From Eledone cirrhosa (taxonomy: Eukaryota), in assembly GCA_964016885.1 (NCBI GenBank), contig OZ024765.1, forward strand, positions 22,382,001 through 22,446,000: a DNA stretch of 64,000 nucleotides. Reading direction: 5' to 3'. Made by a program: the position numbers and the translations under genes. The notes under the pieces are model-generated. The model saw nothing but the letters and a program-made list of their open reading frames with translations, made no database searches and was not told the origin of the DNA. Position 1 is the stretch's first letter, and each line of letters opens with the position of its first letter. This document shows, one piece after another, positions 1-8,374 of the stretch.

Positions 1-47
1 CAAGCAGGGAAAAGCGGACGTAAAATGATGATGATGATGATGATATA

Positions 48-320
48 TGAATTATTTCCGTAGGAAAGGTAAAGGAAAGGAGAGTGCTCTATGTATGCTA
101 CAGAGCTATTTAATTATGTAATAAACATCATAAGACAATTATTCCATTTACCAAAGGTTTCACGAAGACAGACGAGCTCAACAGAGACGTCTGAAATCAC
201 TCATCAGAATGAAAATTTAATCATTCTGATGAGTGATATCAGACGTCTCTGTTGAGCTCGTCTGTCTTCGTGAAACCTTTGGTAAATGGAATAATTGTCT
301 TATGATGTTTATTACATAGA
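48..320. mobile_element. Hammerhead palindrome element 1 (family A); inverted repeat 115-318 plus tail on the left
   Basis: Arms ~115-212 and ~221-318 are near-perfect reverse complements. Short TA runs flank both sides. Each arm carries one hammerhead. Confidence 0.85.
221..289 (+). ncRNA. Minimal type-I hammerhead ribozyme (mirror copy 145-212 on -)
   Basis: catt-CTGATGA-(stem II gtga..cagacg/cgtctg..tcgt)-GAAA-cc ttt gg-TA-aatg. Stem I is catt/aatg and the cleavage triplet is GUA. Confidence 0.8.
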
Positions 321-336
321 CTATATATATATATAT

Positions 337-384
337 GGTGCCCCAGCATGGCCTCAGCCGGATGGCTGAAACAGGTAAAAGAAT
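337..384 (+). mobile_element. 3' end fragment of an octopus-type SINE
   Basis: ggtgccccagcatggcc...ctgaaacaggtaaaagaat matches the 3' end of the common octopus SINE from memory; not database-verified. Confidence 0.55.
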
Positions 385-389
385 TTAAT

Positions 390-470
390 TATCAAAGTTC
401 TTTCGTCACACACCTGTGACATCATCAGTGGTACTATTATGTTTCCTCCTGTTGTATTGTGATATATATA
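390..470 (-). ncRNA. Solo PLE pseudo-LTR fragment with hammerhead-like motif (390-433)
   Basis: Reverse strand reads cca-CTGATGA-t-gtcaca ggtg tgtgac-GAAA-gaac-TT-tgata. It is homologous to 43327-43400, downstream of the PLE ORF. Stem I is weak. Confidence 0.6.
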
Positions 471-542
471 TATATCCTGAATAGTTTTTTTCCTTCTATT
501 TATCTAATTTCCATATCTCTATCTTTATGTTACTTTATCCAG

Positions 543-931
543 GTGACTGGGAGACAGCGAAGGAACTGGAGGAGCTGTATGGAGATGTGGAAGCCGTGGA
601 GTTCCTTGTGGGCGTGATCTGTTCACGGAGGGCTTACCACGCCATGTTCAACCTGATGGTACAGGAGGCCGGGGCCCTTCTCTCCCTGCAGAGCCTCCAA
701 GCCAGCTTGCTCTACATGAAGGCTAGGGGCTTGCTCGTTAACTATGGCAGCTCCGTTGTCCACAGAATGGTTAATACTGCCAGCTATCACAGCTTGATCT
801 GCAACAACATCAACCAGTCATGTCCCCTCGTCAGTTTACAAGTCCCTTGGTGGGATATTTACAACGAAGAAGCTTTCAACATGTCAGAAAAAGATGCAGA
901 AGAGATTGGCTGCGAAATGAGTGAATTCTGA
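543..931 (+). CDS. PTGS: Terminal coding exon of a divergent prostaglandin G/H synthase (cyclooxygenase)-like gene; upstream exons lie outside the window
   Basis: The translation [24 protein letters not shown]...F...[11 protein letters not shown]...[26 protein letters not shown] aligns by eye with the COX C-terminus ([24 protein letters not shown]...F...EMGAPFSLKGL...VKTATLKKLVCLNTKTCPYVSFHVP). A pyrimidine-rich tract and CAG acceptor end at 542 and give a phase-1 intron inside the Gly codon, as in the last intron of vertebrate COX genes. Stop is TGA at 929-931. Confidence 0.85.
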
Positions 932-959
932 ACTGTGAACATTCCTAATTGTATAATTA

Positions 960-1045
960 TATAATATGTGTGGGTGTGTATATACATATATATACATACC
1001 CCCCCCCCATATATATATATGATATATAATATATATATATATATA

Positions 1046-1092
<47 letters not shown>

Positions 1093-1116
1093 GTGTATAT
1101 ATATATATATATGTAT

Positions 1117-1174
<58 letters not shown>

Positions 1175-1441
1175 ATATATATATATATATATGTATGTAT
1201 GTGTATATATATATATATGCATGTATGTGTGTGTGTATATACATATATATGTATATATATGTATGTATGTGTATATATATATATATATATGTATGTATGT
1301 GTATATATATATATGTATGTATATATATATATGTATGTATGTATGTGTATATATATATATATATATGTATGTATATATATGTGTATATATATATATATAT
1401 GTAAATATATGTATATATATATGTATGTTTATATTTATACA

Positions 1442-1500
<59 letters not shown>
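960..1500. repeat. (TA)n/(TATG)n compound microsatellite
   Basis: Direct inspection. Many similar tracts occur across the window, e.g. 36800-38145, 38860-39320, 40370-40707, 42570-43065 and 58900-59325. Confidence 0.95.
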
Positions 1501-1504
<4 letters not shown>

Positions 1505-1509
<5 letters not shown>

Positions 1510-1558
1510 TTAAAGGGGTATATATAGACTTGCAATTTTATATATATATATATATATA

Positions 1559-1631
<73 letters not shown>

Positions 1632-1909
1632 AAAGAATAGAGGTGTAACACACAAGTTATTATATATTGGTAAACGGAATAGAAAATGCTGACAAATTGT
1701 TCACAGTTGAAAAATGGTTTAATTAGGAATAAAAGAGTATTAGTGATTGTATGGGTTAGTATTCAGTTGTGGTTTTAAGTTTTTAAGTTTTTCCGGTTGC
1801 GCATTTCTAAATGCTTTTCAAAAATAATTTTGAGACAGAGTGTCCGTGCTGTTTGCTCTGATTCCGTTTACCAATATATAATAACTTGTGTGTTACACCT
1901 CTATTCTTT

Positions 1910-1954
<45 letters not shown>

Positions 1955-1978
1955 GCAAGTCTATATATACCCCTTTAA

Positions 1979-1982
<4 letters not shown>
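1505..1982. repeat. Inverted repeat whose arms (1505-1680 / 1861-1982) each include a (TA)n tract; ~180-bp spacer
   Basis: aaatttaaaggggtatatatagacttgcaatttt-(TA)n-gttaaaagaatagagg...aaacggaat is mirrored by attccgttt...cttttaac-(TA)n-aaaattgcaagtctatatatacccctttaaattt. The spacer is homologous to 60061-60243 on the opposite strand. Confidence 0.9.
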
Positions 1983-2073
<91 letters not shown>

Positions 2074-2294
2074 CCTGTGAGTACAGAGGTGAAACCTCAC
2101 AACAACAACAAGTATGGAAACTGTAATAATATATCTACTGGATTGGTTACTAACTGTGACGGACAGACAGACAGACTGGCAGACAGACTGGCAGACAGAC
2201 TGGCAGACAGACAGACAGACAGACAGACAGACTGGCAGACAGACAGACGGCCCTGAACGTTCAACTGCTGTTGCTGCTTTAATTGTTGATGAAA

Positions 2295-3195
2295 CATAAA
2301 ACAGCACAAAAACAGCATAAAACAACACAAAACAAATAAAATATCACAATGTATCATAAAAACAACTAATAAACCGCATAAACAGCATAAAACAGTATAA
2401 ATCAGCATAAAAACAGCATAAAACAGCATAAACAGCATAAAACAGTATAAATCAGCATAAAAACAGCATAAAACAGCATAAACGGCATAAAACAGTATAA
2501 AACAGCATAACAACATAAAACAGCATAAAACAACACAAAACGTAAAAACAGCATCAAACAGCATAATATAACATAAAACAGCATAAAACAATACAAAAAC
2601 AGCATCAAACAGCACAATAGAAAACAAAACAGCATAGTACAATGCAAAACAACATAAAACATCACAAAAACAGCATAATACAACACAGAACAACATAAAA
2701 CAACACAAAAACAGTATAAAACAACACAGAACAACATAAAACAACACAAAAACAGCATAAAACATCACAAAAACAGCATAATACAACACAGAACAACATA
2801 AAACAACACAAAAACAGTATAAAACAACACAGAACAACATAAAACAACACAAAACAACATAAAACATCACAAAAACAGCATAATACAACACAGAACAACA
2901 TAAAACAACACAAAAACAGTATAAAACAACACAGAACAACATAAAACAACACAAAACAACATAAAACAACACAAAAACAGTATAAAACAACACAAAAACA
3001 GCATAAAACAACACAAAACAACATAAAACATCACAAAAACAGCATAATACAACACAGAACAACATAAAACAACACAAAAACAGTATAAAACAACACAAAA
3101 CAACATAAAACAACACAAAAACAGCATAAAACAGCATAATACAACACTAAACAACATAAAACAACACAAAACAACATAAAACAGCATAAAACAGC
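2295..3195. repeat. A/C-rich minisatellite of ~10-11-bp units (AAAACAGCAT/AAAACAACAC)
   Basis: Direct inspection. Confidence 0.9.
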
Positions 3196-3255
3196 CGATC
3201 TTGTACTGTCTTGTCATTTTTATCATATTTCCAACCAGTTTTCTGGACGTTTTTC

Positions 3256-3304
<49 letters not shown>

Positions 3305-3361
3305 TGTGTGGAGGTATATGTGTATATGTAGAGGTGTCTATGTGTGTAAGTGTATGTGTGG

Positions 3362-3402
<41 letters not shown>

Positions 3403-3405
<3 letters not shown>

Positions 3406-3845
3406 AAAGTTATATTTAAATTGTTGGGTTAATAACGAGTAAATATTTATAACTGATATAAAAGCACTCAACAAGTATTTGGAGTATATTTATGATATTA
3501 AACAAATGGAAAACTATATTTATAAAACCATATTTATTTCATTATATATATTTCAGGGATATCATATTAAAAATATGTTATGCCTTCTTCAGACAAAATA
3601 CAATATAAACAGTCTTATAAATAAATAGATACGACATACCTTTCAACTTCAACTTGCATTTGTGAGGTTGATTTCACAAATGCAAGTTGATTGAAAGGTA
3701 TGTCGTATCTATTTATTTATAAGACTGTTTATATTGTATTTTGTCTGAAGAAGGCATAACATATTTTTAATATGATATCCCTGAAATATATATAATGAAA
3801 TAAATATGGTTTTATAAATATAATTTCCATTTGTTTAATATCATA
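3403..3845. mobile_element. Hammerhead palindrome element 2 (family B); inverted repeat 3491-3845 plus ~90-bp tail
   Basis: Arms ~3491-3665 and ~3674-3845, with (TA)n on both flanks. A non-palindromic copy of the same family is at 42281-42564. Confidence 0.88.
3737..3802 (+). ncRNA. Minimal type-I hammerhead ribozyme (mirror copy 3535-3600 on -)
   Basis: tattttgt-CTGAAGA-agg...cct-GAAA-tatata-TA-atgaaata. Stem I has 8 bp including two G-U pairs, and loop III (TATATA) is self-complementary. Confidence 0.8.
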
Positions 3846-3852
3846 TATATAT

Positions 3853-3952
<100 letters not shown>

Positions 3953-3999
3953 CTATGTGTGTATGTGTATATACGTATACATGGTTTAAGGAGACAACA

Positions 4000-4150
4000 A
4001 ACAGGAGTGTATTACTGGTACTTTATTTTATCGACCCCGTCAAGATGAAAGGCAAAGTTAACCTTGGCGGGATTTGAACCCAGCACGTAAAGGGCCGTAA
4101 CTCTATGCTGCAAGGCATGGTGTCAGACGCTCTACCGATTCCGCCATTAA
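4000..4150 (-). mobile_element. tRNA-derived SINE (octopus type)
   Basis: The reverse strand has a tRNA-like head (tggcggaatcggtagagcgtctgac...gggttcaaatcccgcc) followed by the ctttgcctttcatc...ggggtcgataaaataaagtacc body. Confidence 0.75.
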
Positions 4151-4213
4151 TGCCAGTCATTGTAAGTTTGAACCCAAATCGTAGTAGATTGAAATATTAC
4201 CCCCCCCCCCCAC

Positions 4214-4420
4214 ATCATCATCATCATCATAATCATCATCATTTTACGTCCGTTCGTCCACGCTAGCATGGGTTAGATGAGTTGTCTTGTGGGCAATGCC
4301 AGGTCAGGTGACCTTGTCTTGCTCATACAGGAACTGGTTCTGACTTGATCTCTACAGCTGGATGCCCTCCCTAACACCAACCCCATTCACAGTGAGTGGT
4401 GGGGGCTTTTTTGTCGTGAA
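4214..4420 (-). mobile_element. SINE/RTE 3'-tail repeat ending in (GAT)n
   Basis: Shares ggttggtgttaggaagggcatccagctgtag...acccatgctagcgtgga...cggacgtaaaa(tga)n with 55320-55545 and 61470-61762. Confidence 0.75.
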
Positions 4421-4499
4421 AGAAAGAGAGGGAGAGAAATGAGGTGCAAAAGGCATGATACATGGGTTATAAGTGCAAATAAAGCTTTGGTAGATGAGA

Positions 4500-4799
4500 A
4501 ACAAAGTCGACCCTACATGTGACTAATAGCACTAAGAAAGGCATGAACGCCACTACATCTTTTCAAAATTGCAAATTTGAAAGTAGGTTTATAAATATTA
4601 ATTTTCCATAGATAATTATAGCTCTCTCGGTGGCCTAGTGGGAGATATGAAAGACAGTGGAGTCCCTGGTCTAGGGTTCAATCCTAGTCAGGTTAAACTT
4701 AGCTCCGTTTAAATGATTAATTATTTATCTAGTTAATTTCTAGGGACTAGGGAGAAAAATTGGGTATATTTTACCTGACTGTTCTTCAAACTTGCAATG

Positions 4800-4800
<1 letters not shown>
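4500..4800 (+). repeat. Locally duplicated segment with a tRNA-like SINE head (A box ggtggcctagtgg, B box gggttcaatcct); related copies at ~6762-6956 (+) and ~7010-7192 (-)
   Basis: acaaagtcgaccctacatgtga.taatagcactaa...ggtggcctagtgggag is shared between the copies. Confidence 0.7.
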
Positions 4801-4833
<33 letters not shown>

Positions 4834-4835
<2 letters not shown>

Positions 4836-5247
4836 AGTTATGTAATAAACAACATAAGGCAATTATTCCATTTACCAGTGGTTTCTTGAAAGCAAAAAAT
4901 GTTGCTTTCAATCCTCAGAATGAAAAAATCCTGGTCTGTTTATTGAATTTGGATTTTAAAAACAAAAATGCAATCTATATGAAAGTGAGGCTGAGCACTC
5001 TTTTTTCCTGGACTTTTCCAGCCTCACTTTCATATAGATTGCATTTTTGTTTTTAAAATCCAAATTCAATAAACAGACCAGGATTTTTTCATTCTGAGGA
5101 TTGAAAGCAAAATTTTTTGCTCTCAAGAAACCACTGGTAAATGGAATAATTGCCTTATGTTGTTTTGCCTTATATTGTTTATTACATAACTATTAAGCTC
5201 TGTTACCTACATAGAGCACTCATTTTTCATGGACTTACTTCATTTAT
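4834..5247. mobile_element. Hammerhead palindrome element 3 (family A); inverted repeat ~4835-5192 plus tail on the right
   Basis: Arms are reverse complements around a ~26-nt spacer (~4994-5018). The sequence downstream of the hammerhead (ggtaaatggaataattg.cttatg...agctctgt...catagagcact) is shared with element 1. Confidence 0.88.
5088..5146 (+). ncRNA. Minimal type-I hammerhead ribozyme (mirror copy 4866-4924 on -)
   Basis: ttcatt-CTGAGGA-ttgaaagcaa...ttgctctcaa-GAAA-cc act gg-TA-aatgga. The mirror copy has a perfect 10-bp stem II. Confidence 0.85.
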
Positions 5248-5248
5248 A

Positions 5249-5279
<31 letters not shown>

Positions 5280-5284
5280 ATCTA

Positions 5285-5369
<85 letters not shown>

Positions 5370-5391
5370 CTCAGTAGGTCTCCTCTCAATC

Positions 5392-5437
<46 letters not shown>

Positions 5438-5622
5438 AATTAATATATCTAGTAACATATATATACACAGATGCATACTTATGCTAGCAAATATATAGGT
5501 TTTGTCTTAGTAACTTTGTCGTTCAATGCATGGGGATGCAGAACAATAATATGAGAGACGTAAAATAAGAAAATTATAAAATTAAATTTTACGTCTCTCA
5601 TATATATATATATATATTTTAT

Positions 5623-5663
<41 letters not shown>

Positions 5664-5926
5664 CTGTGTAGGTGTCCCCTCAATCCTATATATATATTAT
5701 ATGTCTGTCTGTGTGTGTGAGATTAGAACTTACAATGACTCCATATCTTTGAGTACAAGTAAATCTAGAGTAGTCTCCCCTGACAAAAATTCTTTTAATT
5801 ATTTTAACAATCAAATGATTTTATATAACAGCAAACATTGTAAGTTGGAATGTGAGTGACATGGAGACACATGTGTGACTAAGGTAAGACCAGACCGTAG
5901 TAGATTAGAATATTGGACACACACAG

Positions 5927-5954
<28 letters not shown>

Positions 5955-5976
<22 letters not shown>

Positions 5977-6163
5977 GAATGAGATAGCACCATGTCCTGA
6001 TCTCAGAGAGAGAGAGGAATGAGATAGCACCATGTCCTGATCTGAGAGAGAGAGAGAGAGAGAGAGAGGAATGAGATAGCACCATGTCCTGATCTGACAG
6101 AGAGAGAGAGAGAGAGAGAGGGGAATGAGATAGCACCATGTCCTGATCTCACAGAGAGAGAGA

Positions 6164-6203
<40 letters not shown>

Positions 6204-6287
6204 TGAGATAGCACCATGTCCTGATCTGACAGAGAGAGAGAGAGAGAGAGAGAGGGGAATGAGATAGCACCATGTCCTGATCTCACA

Positions 6288-6320
<33 letters not shown>
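5955..6320. repeat. Six copies of GGAATGAGATAGCACCATGTCCTGATCT separated by (GA)n
   Basis: Direct inspection. Confidence 0.9.
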
Positions 6321-6326
<6 letters not shown>

Positions 6327-6395
6327 GCTTCTCATCTACCAAAGCTAGGGAGAAGAAAAATTAGTATATTTTAATTGACTGTTCTTCAAACTTGC

Positions 6396-6444
<49 letters not shown>

Positions 6445-6620
6445 CTTGAGGTTGTGAGTTCGATTCCTGGACCAGGCGATGCGTTATGTCCTTGAGCAAG
6501 AAAACTTTATTTCACGTTGCTCCTTCTACCTGGAGTTGCGACCGATAGATAGTACTAGCAACTGGAAAGACCAACGGAAACATTGTTTCCTTGGTCCGAT
6601 TTGACGAAAGTCGATCGATC

Positions 6621-6623
<3 letters not shown>
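6445..6623 (+). mobile_element. tRNA-derived SINE, 5'-truncated (fuller copy 37105-37315)
   Basis: B-box-like gagttcgattcc, then tgtccttgagcaag..actttatttcacgttgctcc; near-identical to the 37105 copy. Confidence 0.75.
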
Positions 6624-6659
<36 letters not shown>

Positions 6660-7387
6660 TGTGACTCAGTAGGTCTCCCCCCTCAATCCTACAGGTTCAA
6701 ATCAACCCTGGGTGGATGGGAAACAAAGTCAAGATGTAGTTTATGGAAGACTAAGAAGATTCACAAGTCGACCCTACATGTGAGTAATAGCACTAAAAAA
6801 GGCATGAACGCCACTACATCTTTTAAAAATTTTGAATTTGAAAGTACGTTTATAAATATTAATTTTCCATAGATATTTATATCTGTCTTGGTGGCCTAGT
6901 GGGAGGTATGAGAGACGATGGAGTCCCTGGTCTGGGGTTCAATCCTGGTCAGGTTTTATTTTATCTCTTAGAGGGTAAAAACTAAAATGTTTAGTTAAGA
7001 TACTGACTAGTATTGAACCCCAGGGAGAGGTATGAGAGATGGTGGACTCCCTCTCTCATACCTCTCTCTAGGCCACTGAGACAGATATATATATCTACAG
7101 AAAATTGATATTTATAAACCTACTTTCAAAAAGATGTGGTGACGTTCATGACTTTCTTAGTACTATTAGTCATGTTTAGGGTCCACTTGTCAATCTTCTG
7201 GGTCTTTGATAACAACCTTCAGTTTCTTTCTCATCTTCCGAGGCTGGATTTGAACCTATAAACTTGGTTTCATTGTTGTCACACCCATTTTAAACTCTGT
7301 CTCTCTGTCTGTGTGTGTGTGTGTATATATGTGTGTATGTGTGTGTGTATAACCGTGAATCAGTAAGTCTTCCCTCAATCCTATATA

Positions 7388-7788
7388 TACGAGGGTAATC
7401 CCCAAAGTAAGGTCTCCAAAGCGACTGGGACGCAGAGAAACTGTTCGTACGGCTGTTGGCAACACTGTTGTGATTGGTGCTTCCTTCACTCCCCAACAAG
7501 CATGCGCGCGCTTTGCTGGGATGCTCAATCTTGGCTTGGCAGCCATTGAGAATGGAGCTCCCGTTGAACGCTACCGCAACCAAGTGCGAAATTCACGCAG
7601 TTATTATATACGAGCGCAATCCCAAAAGTAAGGTCTCCTTCCGAGGAAAACATGCGTAAAGATCGGCGGATCACTCTGGATGCTCTCTGCATTTTGGTTC
7701 CTGAGGTTTCCCGAAGCACCATCCACAGGATTTTAATGGAAAAGTTGCAATGTCAGAAGGAGACCTTACTTTTGGGATTGCCGTCGTA
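7388..7788 (+). mobile_element. Decayed mariner (Tc1/mariner) element with three TIR copies
   Basis: TA-CGAGGGTAATCCCCAAAGTAAGGTCTCC at 7388, a second similar TIR at 7609 and an inverted TIR at 7759-7788. Transposase remnants are MELPLNATATKCEIHAVI and EENMRKDRRITLDALCILVPEVSRSTIHRILMEKLQCQK (HTH region preceding the WVP linker). Confidence 0.8.
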
Positions 7789-8059
7789 TATATAATAATA
7801 AGGAGTTGACATATATATACATATAAATATATGTCTGAGTGTGAGACTCGAACTTACAATAACTCGATATCTTTGAGTGTGTGTGCAATAAATCTAGAGT
7901 AGTCTCCCCTGACGATAATTCTTATAATTATTTTCTATAATTATTATTAAAACAATAATTAAATATGTTATTCCACTATAACTCTGATTTATATTTAATT
8001 AAATAGATAAGTATCTAATTATCTAATAGTTAAATTTGGGGCTTAAATTCTCTAAGAGG

Positions 8060-8320
8060 AATCTCAAGAACGATAACTCCGTACTTAATCGCCAAAATAG
8101 GTGAAAAATATGTTTCTGTACGAAACGCTGCCAGAAGCAACCGTCTCGAACTAATCCGGCTGCATCCCCAAGCGAGACCAGCCAAGCTCATGGATGTTAT
8201 CCAACCATCTTGCTCAGGGTTTACCCCTGGGTCTCCTGCCAGCTGGTTTTGCATGTAAAATCTGTCCAGCGAGTCTTTCCTGAGACATTCTAACCACATG
8301 TCTGTAGTATCAACAACGAT
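8060..8320 (-). mobile_element. RTE-clade LINE 3' fragment (pseudogenised)
   Basis: The reverse frame reads YYRHVVRMSQERLAGQILHAKPAGRRPRGKP*ARWLDNI, matching the RWYGHV.RM...RPRGRP..RW C-terminal motif. Homologous to 32060-32220. Confidence 0.75.
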
Positions 8321-8374
8321 AGAAGTTCGTTTCAGCCATCCCAGCCCCCACAAACTTCTTCAATGTACATCTGA

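Noticed and set aside
115-318. Reading the long palindromes as MITEs/foldback DNA transposons or pre-miRNAs
   Set aside because: One arm has an unpaired tail, centres vary, a monomeric copy exists and every arm holds a hammerhead core, all of which fits PLE pLTR inversions better.
884-1628. YI/IY-repeat ORFs here and throughout the window
   Set aside because: They are translations of (TA)n and (TG)n microsatellites.
1684-1725. Hammerhead-like CTGACAA...GAAA in the spacer repeat (also at ~60195-60225 on -)
   Set aside because: The core has A in place of the essential G8 in both copies, and no UH plus stem I is correctly placed.
4624-4694. Possible tRNA gene (also 4065-4147 and 37105-37160)
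   Set aside because: A/B boxes are present but I cannot build a convincing cloverleaf; they are embedded in repeats and better explained as SINE heads.
5955-6320. CRISPR-like 28-bp repeats with spacers (similarly 26978-29375 and 45253-54396)
   Set aside because: The spacers are just (GA)n, (GT)n or (TA)n rather than unique sequences, there are no cas genes, and the context is eukaryotic.
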